NCBI GenBank assembly: GCA_033764015.1
Contig: JANRJK010000039.1
Location: 45,834 to 109,833, forward strand
Source of the DNA: Candidatus Sumerlaeia bacterium
GTDB lineage: Bacteria > Sumerlaeota > Sumerlaeia > SLMS01 > JANRJK01
Direction: 5' to 3'
Length of the DNA stretch: 64,000 bases
Positions within the stretch are counted from its first letter, which is position 1; the number at the start of each line of letters is the position of its first letter. The position numbers and the translations under genes were made by a program. The notes under the pieces were generated by a model. The model was not told the origin of the DNA. It ran no database searches and saw nothing but the letters and a program-made list of their open reading frames with translations. This document shows positions 29,623 through 38,709 of this stretch, one piece after another.

Positions 29623-30524
29623 TCGCCCTTGGGGGCTTCCTGCTGGGCTGGCTCCGCCTGCGGGGTGGCGCCCTGCGCCTCCTCGATGGCGGAGATGACC
29701 AATTGGTTGCCGGGCAGCAGCACGAGCGCGTTGCGGTACTCCTGCAGCGCCAGCTCGGGCCGCTTCATCTGCACCAGGATGCGTCCGCGGACGTAGTGGT
29801 TGTTCCAGTCGAACTTGTCGAGGTCGATCGCCTTCGAGGCGAACACCACCGCTTCCTCCAGCCGGTCCATCTGCGTGAGCGTGCGCGCGCGCTGGCGGTG
29901 CAGCGCCGCGTAGTTCGGATCCAGCGCGAGCCCGCGGTCGAGCGCGGCGAGCGACGCGTCGTAGCTCCGGTCGAGCTGGAGGCGGCGTCCCTGCAGCAGG
30001 AGCGACAGCGGGCTGGGCTGCCCGATCTGCTCCGCGCGGCTGAGCATCCGCATCGCGTCCGCGTCGTCCGTGGCGGTCATGGAGGCCATCAGCGAAACGT
30101 GCTGGTTGTTCGGCTGCGCCTGCAGCGCGCTCACGATGTTCTGCGTGATGCGAGGCATGATCGCCGGGGTGAGCGGCTCGTTCGGGAGCACGATCTCGAT
30201 TGGATCGCCCTCGACGATGCGGACCGGTTCGATGATCGGGGCGAAGGATTCGGCGGTGGCGGTGAGGAGCCGAGTGCCGGTGGGGATGTCGCCGCGGATC
30301 GGCGTCAGCCCGAGGCGGGTGCCGTCGATGTAGACGTCGAACTGCGCCCCGTTCTGGGCGCGGATGATCATCGTCGCCTTCTTGTCGCTCTTCTCGATCT
30401 CACGCGGGAGGATGATCGGCTCGGCCGATCCCGGCTTGTTGATCAGCGCGGGTTCCTGCGCGTTCGCGCCCGCGAAGAGCGCTGCGGCGGCGCCGAGCGC
30501 CGCGAAGAGGTCAGTCGTTCTCAT
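29619..30524 (-). CDS. Secreted PEGA-domain + TPR protein
   Basis: Signal peptide (AGANA-Q); VYIDG..LGLTP (PEGA); ALDRGLALDPNYA and other TPRs. Confidence 0.85.
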   Translation of the reverse strand: MRTTDLFAALGAAAALFAGANAQEPALINKPGSAEPIILPREIEKSDKKATMIIRAQNGAQFDVYIDGTRLGLTPIRGDIPTGTRLLTATAESFAPIIEPVRIVEGDPIEIVLPNEPLTPAIMPRITQNIVSALQAQPNNQHVSLMASMTATDDADAMRMLSRAEQIGQPSPLSLLLQGRRLQLDRSYDASLAALDRGLALDPNYAALHRQRARTLTQMDRLEEAVVFASKAIDLDKFDWNNHYVRGRILVQMKRPELALQEYRNALVLLPGNQLVISAIEEAQGATPQAEPAQQEAPKGE

Positions 30525-30723
30525 GGTTGTCCTTCCATTCTTCCCACCAGGCCATTTGGATGGCCTCCAGTTTCGCCTCGTTCGACTGCTCCCGCGTGCC
30601 CTTGAACCCCTCGATGGCCAGGACGTAGCCGAGGAGGTCGGTGAAGCGCACCTGGAGCGGATCGACTTCCGGGTAGTTCTCGTACAGCTCGATGGCGATG
30701 TCTTCGACATCTTCGTAGTTCAT
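30511..30723 (-). CDS. iscX: Fe-S cluster assembly protein IscX
   Basis: D.EDIAIELYE.YPEVDP..VRFTDL…F…SNEAKLEAIQMAW.EE is the IscX signature. Confidence 0.93.
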   Translation of the reverse strand: MNYEDVEDIAIELYENYPEVDPLQVRFTDLLGYVLAIEGFKGTREQSNEAKLEAIQMAWWEEWKDNHEND

Positions 30724-30852
30724 CGTCGGATGCCCCCGGGCGGGATCGGCGCGTCCGTCGCTGAAAGGACAGACTGGCGGAGGCTCGCGGGGTTTGGCCG
30801 CAGCCGCAACGGGGAAAGGGCCGGCGCCCCGCTTCGGCGCAGGGGGCCCACG

Positions 30853-31953
30853 CTAGCGCCCGCCCGCCGCTGGCCACTCGATACGGAGCAAGACCAAATC
30901 CTGGCGGTAAGCCTGCCCGGGTGAGCCGAAGGACTGCACGTAGGCGGCGATGCGGTCGCCGTCCGGCGAGAAATCGAAATCCGACGGCAGCGCGCGCCGA
31001 CCGTCCAAGTGCTCGGGACTGCCCTTTCGGTTGAACCTCGTGAGTCGGCTCGCGGAACCGCCGTCGCGGCGCATCGCCCAGTACTCCGTGGTTGGCGTCA
31101 TCCCGGAGCGCGGCTGCTCGATCCCGCGGGTCGTGGTCCAGACGATCCACTCGCCGTCGGGGGAGAAATGCGCGTGCTCGTCCCACTCTTCGTCGCGGGT
31201 GAGCCGCCGCGCCGAGCCGCTCGCCGCGTCCATGGCGAAGATGTCGAGCTTCCAATAGTCGGCCTTCGCAGGCGTCGCGCAGTAGAGCACCTCGCGGTCG
31301 TCCGGCGAAAAGCCGTGGACCTCGTAGAACGCCATGTTTCCCGGCGTCCGGTGCTCGACGCGGCCCAGTCGCGGCGGGGTGTCCCCGGCGGGAGGCGTGA
31401 ACTCGGCGAAGGCGATACTCCAGCCGTTGCCGGGACGCAGCGCCGACCACACGAGGCGCTTTCCATCGTGCGAGAAGTGCGGGTGCAGCGCGCCCCCCCA
31501 GTCGCCGACGTCGGTCAACCGCCAGGCGCGCGTGCCGTCCGCCTCCGCCAACCAGAGGTCGTTGTTCACGCCGCCGCCCGGGCCGGTCATGTGCGACTGC
31601 GCGGCGGGTCCGACGCCGGGAATCGGCTTCAGCGCGGGATCGTGGACTTGGAAAACAAGCCATCGCCCGCCGGGGTGCCACCCCGGCTGCCCGGCGCTCC
31701 CCTTCGGAAGCGCCGCTAGCTTTCCGGAAACCGGCCGGAGGTCTCCACCACTCGGGTCCATCGTCCACAGTGTGAACTTCAGGTCCACGCCCAGCCGGTC
31801 CACGGCGAGGCGCGATCCATCGGCGGACCACGATACCCTGCCACCCCCACGAAGGACCCTCTCCGCCGCGACGACCCGGGGCTGCGCCCGCAGGAGCGGA
31901 GGAAGAGTGAGCAGTAGGAGGGCAACGGGGACTGCCAAGCGGAGGCTGATCAT
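30853..31953 (-). CDS. Secreted TolB-like PD40 beta-propeller protein
   Basis: Signal peptide; WSADG, WHPGG, FSHDG, FSPDD, FSPDG repeats. Confidence 0.85.
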   Translation of the reverse strand: MISLRLAVPVALLLLTLPPLLRAQPRVVAAERVLRGGGRVSWSADGSRLAVDRLGVDLKFTLWTMDPSGGDLRPVSGKLAALPKGSAGQPGWHPGGRWLVFQVHDPALKPIPGVGPAAQSHMTGPGGGVNNDLWLAEADGTRAWRLTDVGDWGGALHPHFSHDGKRLVWSALRPGNGWSIAFAEFTPPAGDTPPRLGRVEHRTPGNMAFYEVHGFSPDDREVLYCATPAKADYWKLDIFAMDAASGSARRLTRDEEWDEHAHFSPDGEWIVWTTTRGIEQPRSGMTPTTEYWAMRRDGGSASRLTRFNRKGSPEHLDGRRALPSDFDFSPDGDRIAAYVQSFGSPGQAYRQDLVLLRIEWPAAGGR

Positions 31954-32029
31954 GGGGGCACCCGAGGCGAAAGCTAGCATCAACACATGTTACGCTTCCA
32001 GGTGGTCAGGAATCACGCTTGAACTTTGG

Positions 32030-32189
32030 AAAAGCGACGCCCTTCCGCTCAGAGGTGCGGGCCCTGTCGCTAAGGGAGATGGGCATCCCGTCTCCGAGCG
32101 CCGATGGTCGGGTTGTCGGAGGCGCTTCGCCTTGCGGCCCGGCGCGTCGGGCCGCCTACTACGCCAGCGCCTCCGGCGCCGGAGCCTTA
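32030..32189 (+). promoter_or_regulatory. Structured 5' leader of nadA (candidate cis-regulatory RNA)
   Basis: Four consecutive hairpins plus alternative pairings involving the GGAG RBS at 32181-32184. Confidence 0.4.
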
Positions 32190-33329
32190 ATGAACAGCAC
32201 CTCCACGAAAGCCGCGATCCCGCCCGCGGAGTTCGACCTCTACAGCATCCCGCCCCTGATCGGCAACGATGCCGTCGCACCCGCCCTCCGCGGCAGGATC
32301 CGAGCAGCCCGCGCCCGCCTCGGCGCCCGGGTCGCCGTCCTCGGCCACCACTACCAGCGCGACGATGTCATCGCCTTCGCCGACAAGCGCGGCGACTCCC
32401 TCGACTTGTCCGCATACGCCGCGGACCTCCCGTCGGTCGAGTATGTCGTCTTCTGCGGCGTCCACTTCATGGCGGAGACCGCGGACATCCTCACCGACGC
32501 CTCGGTGCGCGTGATCCTCCCGGACCTGCGAGCCGGGTGCTCCATGGCCGACATGGCGGAAATCGATCAGGTCGAGATGGCGTGGGATGTCCTGCGCGCC
32601 GCCACGCCGGAGACCATCATTCCGATCACGTACATCAACTCGACCGCCGACCTGAAGGCTTTCTGCGGCCGCAACGGCGGCGCCGTCTGCACCAGCAGCA
32701 ACGCCCGCCGCGTGGTGCAGTGGGCGCTCGAACGCGGGTCGAAGGTCCTCTTCTTCCCCGACCAGCACCTCGGGCGGAACACCTGCCACGACCTCGGCGT
32801 CGCGCTCGACGACATGGTGGTCTACGACCCCCACGACCCCAACGAGCGCACCGGCGGCAATCCGCTTTCGGCCTACGCGGAGAAGCGCGCGATCCTCTGG
32901 CGCGGGCACTGCTCGGTGCACATGAACTTCAAGCCGAACCACCCGGACCTCTGGCGCCAGCGCGTCCCCGGCATCAACATCATCGTCCACCCCGAGTGCC
33001 AGTTCGAAGTCGTCCACAACGCCGACCTCGCGGGCTCGACCAAGTTCATCATTGAAACTGTCGCTAACTCTCCGACCGGCTCCAAGTGGGCCATCGGAAC
33101 CGAGCACCACTTGGTGGACCGGTTGAGGCAGGAGCACCCGGACAAGTTCATCACGAGCCTGGCGCCCTACGCCTGCCAGTGCTCGACGATGTTCCGCATC
33201 TCCCCGGAAGCGCTTTGCGCGACCCTGGAGAACCTCGCGGATGGCCGCGAGCGCAACGTGGTGTCCGTGCCCGAGGAGACCGCGAAGTGGGCAACCGTCG
33301 CGCTCGAGCGGATGCTGGAACTGCGATGA
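32190..33329 (+). CDS. nadA: Quinolinate synthase (Bacillus-type)
   Basis: LGHHYQ, GDSL, FCGVHFMAETA, AGCSMADMA, YINS, CTSSNA, PDQHLGRNT, CSVH, VHPEC, GTE, CQCSTM. Confidence 0.96.
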   Translation: MNSTSTKAAIPPAEFDLYSIPPLIGNDAVAPALRGRIRAARARLGARVAVLGHHYQRDDVIAFADKRGDSLDLSAYAADLPSVEYVVFCGVHFMAETADILTDASVRVILPDLRAGCSMADMAEIDQVEMAWDVLRAATPETIIPITYINSTADLKAFCGRNGGAVCTSSNARRVVQWALERGSKVLFFPDQHLGRNTCHDLGVALDDMVVYDPHDPNERTGGNPLSAYAEKRAILWRGHCSVHMNFKPNHPDLWRQRVPGINIIVHPECQFEVVHNADLAGSTKFIIETVANSPTGSKWAIGTEHHLVDRLRQEHPDKFITSLAPYACQCSTMFRISPEALCATLENLADGRERNVVSVPEETAKWATVALERMLELR

Positions 33330-33336
33330 CCGGGGT

Positions 33337-33759
33337 CTAGCCGGCGAGCCAGCCTTCGAGCATCGCGAAGCGTTCCGGCGATAGCCGCCGCGGGCGCCCG
33401 TCGCGCCCCATGTAGGCGTGGTGCGTGGCGGCGGTCGCGATCAGCGCGCCGTCAGCGGGGCGGAGCACTTCGTAGGCGAACGACAGCCGCGCGCGCGTCA
33501 GCGTGCTGAGCCGCGCGCGGATCTCCAGCAGGTCGTCGTAGCGGCCCGGCTGCCGCCAGGACGCCTCCGCCGACAGCAGCGGCATGTAGAAGCCGTCGTC
33601 CTCCCACGCCTTGTAGCTGTCGCCCAGCGAGCGGAGGAACTCCACGCGCGCCGTCTCGAAGTACACGAAGTACTTCGAGTGGTGCAGGAACTCCATGCGG
33701 TCCACGTCGGCGTAGCCGACGCGCTGGGTCCATACGAAGACGCGATCCTCAGCCCCCAC
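33337..33759 (-). CDS. Acyl-CoA thioesterase, YbgC/FadM (4HBT) family
   Basis: RVGYADVD.M..LHHSKYFVYFETAR, P.RYDDLL. Confidence 0.9.
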   Translation of the reverse strand: MGAEDRVFVWTQRVGYADVDRMEFLHHSKYFVYFETARVEFLRSLGDSYKAWEDDGFYMPLLSAEASWRQPGRYDDLLEIRARLSTLTRARLSFAYEVLRPADGALIATAATHHAYMGRDGRPRRLSPERFAMLEGWLAG

Positions 33760-34594
33760 GGGTAAGGTCCGCTTCGACCGCTGACAGCTCGGAAGGCTGG
33801 AGCATCGCGCCGTACTCGACCCCGCCGCTGAACCGCTTCAGGTCGAGGTGCATCAGCGCCCAGCGTTCGTGCGTCCGGTGGGCGACGATGGAGCCCAGCT
33901 CGTCCTTACCCCAGTAGACCGCTTCCCAGCCCGTGCTGCCGAACTTGATCGAGACGCGTCGCCCGCGGACGAGAAGCTGCTCCGGGGGCGGAGTTGTGAA
34001 GTTCGGGAGCGGCACGGCGCTGCTGCTCTTGGACTCGCCGCCGGACTCGAAAACCTCCGGGATGAGGCGCACGTCCTCGTAATCGAGCAGGTGGAAGATC
34101 ACCAGATCCCGTTCCCAGCGCAGGTTTGTCGCCAGATGGTCCAAGTAGTTCGGCGCGATACGGCCGATGGCGCGCACATCGTAGTTCGCGATCGGGATGC
34201 CCTGCGGCTTCACCCGCCCGCTCGGCGTCAGCGCGTAGACGAGGTCGTAGTCGCGGTCCTTCATCTTCCCCCGGTAGACCGCTATCGTCTCGTCTTCGAA
34301 GAACAGGATCGTCCCCGTGAGGTAGGCGCCCCCGGGACCAGTGGCGACCACTTCGCGTCGCAGGACGCCGGTCGCCGAGGAGGGAGAGACCGGCTGCGGC
34401 GCGCGCGGGGTCTGCGGCGGAGCAGCCGGAGCCGTCGGCGCCGAGCCGAGCCACGGCGCGCCGGTCGACGACTTGCGTTCCTCCGGCGGTGGCCATGCCG
34501 GCGGCGGGGCCGCCGACGCCTTCCGCTCCTTGTCGAGAACGCTCTGGGCGAGCTTCTTCAGGTAATTCGTCTCTTCCGCGTCGGGACGGCTCAA
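33749..34594 (-). CDS. Hypothetical protein with Pro-rich linker and two related beta domains
   Basis: Coding-like ORF overlapping the thioesterase start; AVYRGK / AVYWGK duplicated motif. Confidence 0.7.
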   Translation of the reverse strand: MSRPDAEETNYLKKLAQSVLDKERKASAAPPPAWPPPEERKSSTGAPWLGSAPTAPAAPPQTPRAPQPVSPSSATGVLRREVVATGPGGAYLTGTILFFEDETIAVYRGKMKDRDYDLVYALTPSGRVKPQGIPIANYDVRAIGRIAPNYLDHLATNLRWERDLVIFHLLDYEDVRLIPEVFESGGESKSSSAVPLPNFTTPPPEQLLVRGRRVSIKFGSTGWEAVYWGKDELGSIVAHRTHERWALMHLDLKRFSGGVEYGAMLQPSELSAVEADLTRGG

Positions 34595-34648
34595 TCTGAT
34601 CGCTCCGTTGTGGGTCGCGGCGTGCGGGGTCCGCTTCCATGATAGGAC

Positions 34649-34677
34649 ATACTGTTCCTTGGACTTGCGATTGTCAA
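34649..34677 (-). promoter_or_regulatory. Possible sigma70 promoter
   Basis: Minus strand TTGACA-17 nt-CAGTAT upstream of the 34594 start. Confidence 0.4.
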
Positions 34678-34679
34678 TG

Positions 34680-35174
34680 TTACCGGACCATGGCTCCCGT
34701 GGCGCCGCTTCCCGCCGGCGCCGTTGAAGTGCCGAAAAACTCGATCAGGAACGGCGACTCCCCGGTGACCGTTGGAACGATGCGCGCACCGGCCCCAATC
34801 TGGAGCGGCGGATCGTACGAGTACTCCACTGTCTCGCCCGGCGCCTGGAGGTAGAAGTACGCAAGCGGCACCGTGCGGTCCGGAGGCGCGGCGATGGACA
34901 CCTGCAGGCGCTGGGACCCCGACGCCGCCGTGGAGGATTGGTAGCTGAGCCGAACACGCGTCACAAAGAGCGCGTCGTCGGCGGTGAAGTCGTAGGTGTT
35001 GTTCGTTCCCGGGCTCTGAAGGAAGAGCTGGCGGACGCTCCCGGCGTCCCGCTTGAAGCGCGACCAAGTCGTCCCGGCGGTGTCGACCGCCTGAGAGGGA
35101 ATTTGGAGGAGGGCGAAGAGCGCGGCTCCAAGGATCGCGGCCGACGTGGCGGCGAGTGTCTTTGCGCGGTTCAT
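34680..35174 (-). CDS. Small secreted beta-rich hypothetical protein with tail …GSGATGAMVR
   Basis: Signal peptide MNRAK…PSQA; RBS AAGGAAAA upstream. Confidence 0.75.
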   Translation of the reverse strand: MNRAKTLAATSAAILGAALFALLQIPSQAVDTAGTTWSRFKRDAGSVRQLFLQSPGTNNTYDFTADDALFVTRVRLSYQSSTAASGSQRLQVSIAAPPDRTVPLAYFYLQAPGETVEYSYDPPLQIGAGARIVPTVTGESPFLIEFFGTSTAPAGSGATGAMVR

Positions 35175-35264
35175 AGTTGGTTTTCCTTTGGGGCGCCATC
35201 AATGGCGGCGACCCTTTGCTTGTCGCTGACGGACCCGACCGGCGCAATGGCAGGCCGGGTGGGA

Positions 35265-38231
35265 TCACTCGTCCTCGGCGTCCGGGTCGTCCTCGTCATC
35301 CCCCCGGGCAAGCGCCCGGCTGCGGCTGTCGGCGCCCTCCATGCGGTCCAGCTCGGCGAGGGCCGCCTGCGGATCCACGAGGATCTCCCGGGGCTTGCTG
35401 CCCTTGTACGGGCCGACGATGCCCATGTCCTCCAGCATATCCATCAGGCGGCCCGCGCGTGCGAAGCCCACCTTCAGCCTCCGCTGCACCAGCGACGTCG
35501 AGCCCTTCTCCCCTTCGAGGATCACGCGTGCGGCGGCGCGCACCAGCGCCTCGTCGATTTCGTCGTCCCCCGCCTGCGCGCTGCCGCCGGAGTGCGGCAC
35601 GAACATACCCTCTCGCACGTCGCCCATGACGCGGTTGGTGCCGCGCGCGGGCGCCTTGGCGAAGCGTTCCTGCCCGTCGAGGTCTTCGAACATGTCGGGG
35701 TTGCCGACCAGCTTGGCGAGTTCGCGGCGCTCCTTCTCCGAAAGCAGCGGCTCGAACTCCTCGACCTCGTAGACAGGCTCCTGCTGCGCGCGCCAGTGGT
35801 CCGTGATGCGCTCCACCTCCTGGTCGCTCACGAAGGCGCCCTGCAGACGGATCGGCTTCGGCTGGCCGCCCATCGCGAACAGCATGTCGCCGCGCCCCAG
35901 CAGCGCCTCCGCGCCGTTCTGGTCGAGGATCGTCCGCGAGTCCACCTTCTGCGAAACCTGGAACGCGATGCGGCTCGGGAAGTTGGCCTTGATGATGCCG
36001 GTGATGACGTTCACCGAGGGGCGCTGCGTGGCGAGGATGAGGTGGATGCCGACCGCGCGCGCCATCTGGGCGAGCCGCTGGATCGACTCCTCCACCTCCG
36101 CCTTCGCCGTGATCATCAGGTCCGCCAACTCGTCGACGATCACCACCATGTGCGGCATCGGCTTCAGGCTCTTGCCGATGGAGCGGCGCGACTCGCTCGG
36201 GTTCTCCGCCAGCTTGTTGTAACCGTCGATGTTGCGGACGTTGAACTCGACGAGCGTCTTGTAGCGCTCCTCCATTTGCTCCACAGCCCAAGCCAGCGCG
36301 GCGGCGGCGCGCTTCGGCTCGCACACCACCGGGGCGATCAGGTGCGGGATCCGGTCGTACACCGACAGCTCGACGCGCTTCGGATCCACCATGATCAGCT
36401 TCACCTGGTCCGGTCGCATCCGGTACAGGATGGAGCAGATGATCGAGTTGAGGCAGACGGACTTGCCGGTGCCGGTAGCGCCGGCGATCAGGAGGTGCGG
36501 CATCCGCCGCAAGTCCACGAAGTGCGGCAGTCCCTCGATCGTCTTGCCGAGCGCGAACGTCAGCGGGCTCGACTGCTCCCAGAATTCGGAGCAGGCGATC
36601 AGTTCCTTCAGGTACACGCCCTGGCGCACGCGGTTCGGCACCTCGATGCCAACCACCGCCTTGCCGGGGATCGGCGCGAGAATGCGCACGCTGACCGCCT
36701 TCATGGCCATGGCGATGTCGTGCTCGAGGGAGGCGATGCGGCTCACCTTCACGCCCGCGGCGGGCTTCAGCTCGAAGCGCGTGACCACCGGGCCCTGTCG
36801 CACCTCGATCACCTTCGCTTCGATGCCGAAGTCCGCGAAGGTCGTTTCGAGCGTCTTCGAGATTTCCAGCATTTCCTCCCGCGGCATCCGCACATCGACC
36901 TTGGGCGGGTCCTCAAGCAGCTCGATGTTCGGCAGCATGAGCGCGCGCGGGGCGGGCGCGGCGGGTGCCGCGGCGCGCTCCACCGCGGCGGCGACCCCCT
37001 CCGGCTTCGCGTCCACAGCGGCGTTGAAGATCGGGTCGCCGCCGTTCGCGTCCGGCCCCACCGGCCGTGCCGCACCGGGGGCCGTGAAGCGCGGCTCCGG
37101 GGTCGCGGCCTCCGGCTTCATCAGCTTCATCACCCGGTCGAGGCGCGGGTCGGGTGCGGCAGTCCCCGGCGGGGGAGCGGCCTCCGCGGGACGCTGGCGC
37201 GCGGGAGCGGCGGGAAACATCTGCGAAAGCTTGCCCTCCATCTGCGCGGGGGCGGGGCGCGCCGCCGGGGACGGGTTGGCGGGGTTGCCGCTCATCAGTC
37301 CCGGGGCTCCGGTGTCGTTCAGCGAAATGCGCGGTTCCGCGGGCGGCGCGGCGGGCTGGACTTCGCCGGCGAGTTCCCGGCGCAGCGCCTCCTCGAACTC
37401 GCGGTCCATCTCCGCTTCCTCAAGCGCACGCATCGCGGCTTCCGCGTCGTTGTCGAGCAGCCGCGGGAGCGGTGCGGCGTCCGCCTTGGCGCCCGCCTTC
37501 GCCGGCGCGGGCTTCGCATCCGGCGCGGGTGTGGCGGCCTCGGAGGGCGTCAGGCGGCGCACCGGACGGCTGCGGTGCTCTTCTTCGATCTGCGCCAGTT
37601 CGTCCTCGCTCGGCAGGCCGGCGAACTCCGGGGCGGGGGCCAGCAGGTGGCGCTCGCGCCAACGCGCGACGACAGCCTGCGCCATCCCGGTGAGGCCGAG
37701 TCCGAGGTTGAGGCCCACTCCGGCGACCGTCAGCGCGCCGAGAATCATGCCCGCGCCGACGGAGCCGAACATCCCCACAAGACGCAGCCCCTCCCATTCG
37801 ACTAGGAATGCGCCGAGCGCGCCCGCCCGCTCGAAGGTCTCGCGGCGGAGCGTCTCCTCATCGGCGCCCGGCAGCGCGAGGAAGCCGCACACCCCAAGCA
37901 GGACCAGCGCGACGCCCAGCGCCCGAAGCCAATGCACCCCGAGCGCGCGGCCCATGAAGAGGGCGCCAGCCTTGGCGAACAGCAGGAGCGGCACAGCCCA
38001 GGCGACGAACACGCCGAACAGGAACCGCAGCCCGGCCGCGATGCCCTCGCCGGCGGGACCCACGAGATGGCTTTGATCCGAGGGCATCCCGAGCGAGACG
38101 GCGACGTAAAGGCCAAGCAGCAGGAGCGCCGCGCCGAAACCTTCGCGGATCCATCCCGCCGCGCCGGGCTCCCGTTCACCCGCCCGCGAGGGTTCCCGGT
38201 CTCCGTAGATCGCTGAATTCGCCGTCGCCAT
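35265..38231 (-). CDS. ftsK: DNA translocase FtsK
   Basis: N-terminal TMs, Pro/Ala linker, GPVVTRFE, PHLLIAGATGTGKS, DELADLM, ATQRPS, gamma domain QRRLKVGFARA. Confidence 0.97.
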   Translation of the reverse strand: MATANSAIYGDREPSRAGEREPGAAGWIREGFGAALLLLGLYVAVSLGMPSDQSHLVGPAGEGIAAGLRFLFGVFVAWAVPLLLFAKAGALFMGRALGVHWLRALGVALVLLGVCGFLALPGADEETLRRETFERAGALGAFLVEWEGLRLVGMFGSVGAGMILGALTVAGVGLNLGLGLTGMAQAVVARWRERHLLAPAPEFAGLPSEDELAQIEEEHRSRPVRRLTPSEAATPAPDAKPAPAKAGAKADAAPLPRLLDNDAEAAMRALEEAEMDREFEEALRRELAGEVQPAAPPAEPRISLNDTGAPGLMSGNPANPSPAARPAPAQMEGKLSQMFPAAPARQRPAEAAPPPGTAAPDPRLDRVMKLMKPEAATPEPRFTAPGAARPVGPDANGGDPIFNAAVDAKPEGVAAAVERAAAPAAPAPRALMLPNIELLEDPPKVDVRMPREEMLEISKTLETTFADFGIEAKVIEVRQGPVVTRFELKPAAGVKVSRIASLEHDIAMAMKAVSVRILAPIPGKAVVGIEVPNRVRQGVYLKELIACSEFWEQSSPLTFALGKTIEGLPHFVDLRRMPHLLIAGATGTGKSVCLNSIICSILYRMRPDQVKLIMVDPKRVELSVYDRIPHLIAPVVCEPKRAAAALAWAVEQMEERYKTLVEFNVRNIDGYNKLAENPSESRRSIGKSLKPMPHMVVIVDELADLMITAKAEVEESIQRLAQMARAVGIHLILATQRPSVNVITGIIKANFPSRIAFQVSQKVDSRTILDQNGAEALLGRGDMLFAMGGQPKPIRLQGAFVSDQEVERITDHWRAQQEPVYEVEEFEPLLSEKERRELAKLVGNPDMFEDLDGQERFAKAPARGTNRVMGDVREGMFVPHSGGSAQAGDDEIDEALVRAAARVILEGEKGSTSLVQRRLKVGFARAGRLMDMLEDMGIVGPYKGSKPREILVDPQAALAELDRMEGADSRSRALARGDDEDDPDAEDE

Positions 38232-38351
38232 ATGTCGCCCGCCGCGGGGAAAGGAGTGGTCGAACCCCGTGGATGCGCGCGGCTCGCTAACACCGGCAAC
38301 ATGTTTTTCCGCGTCGGAGAGGCTTGCGGAGCTTGTGCGGCGCCGGGGGCG

Positions 38352-38702
38352 CTACGCCGCCCCACGCCCCAACAGGGCCCGGCCCAGTTCCTCGCGGGTA
38401 CGCACACCGCGAAGCACCAGTAGGAGGTAGACGAGCGTGGAAAGGTTGCCCAGGAGGACGAATGACACCGTCCAAGCGGCTGTGAGGAAAGGACTGCGCT
38501 CGCGGTAGGCGACCCACAGAGCGAAGAGCGCGATGCCCACGTAGAAGTCGAACAAGGTTGCCTGGAACCACTTGTCCTCCATGAGGGCGCCGAATCCCTC
38601 GAAGAAGCCAGTGTCCGCGGCCATGCCAGCGTGGACGAAAAACGCGGCCATCCCGAGAAGCATCAGGACGGCCGCGGTCTTTGCGATCTTGGCGGGGCTC
38701 AA
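38352..38702 (-). CDS. DUF1475-like membrane protein
   Basis: WFQATLFDFYVG…WVAYRE…LLGN…Y; TTG start with GAGGG RBS. Confidence 0.75.
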   Translation of the reverse strand: MSPAKIAKTAAVLMLLGMAAFFVHAGMAADTGFFEGFGALMEDKWFQATLFDFYVGIALFALWVAYRERSPFLTAAWTVSFVLLGNLSTLVYLLLVLRGVRTREELGRALLGRGAA

Positions 38703-38709
38703 GCGACCC

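Noticed and set aside
30853..31953. TolB-like, WD40 and secretin-N proteins as carriers of the C-terminal tag
   Set aside because: Their termini (…PAAGGR, …VEAEAP, …AGGQP) lack the alternating hydrophobic motif.
32030..32189. Known NAD+-I (nadA motif) riboswitch or NrtR/NadQ box
   Set aside because: No recognisable match to those consensus sequences by eye; kept only as an unassigned structured leader.
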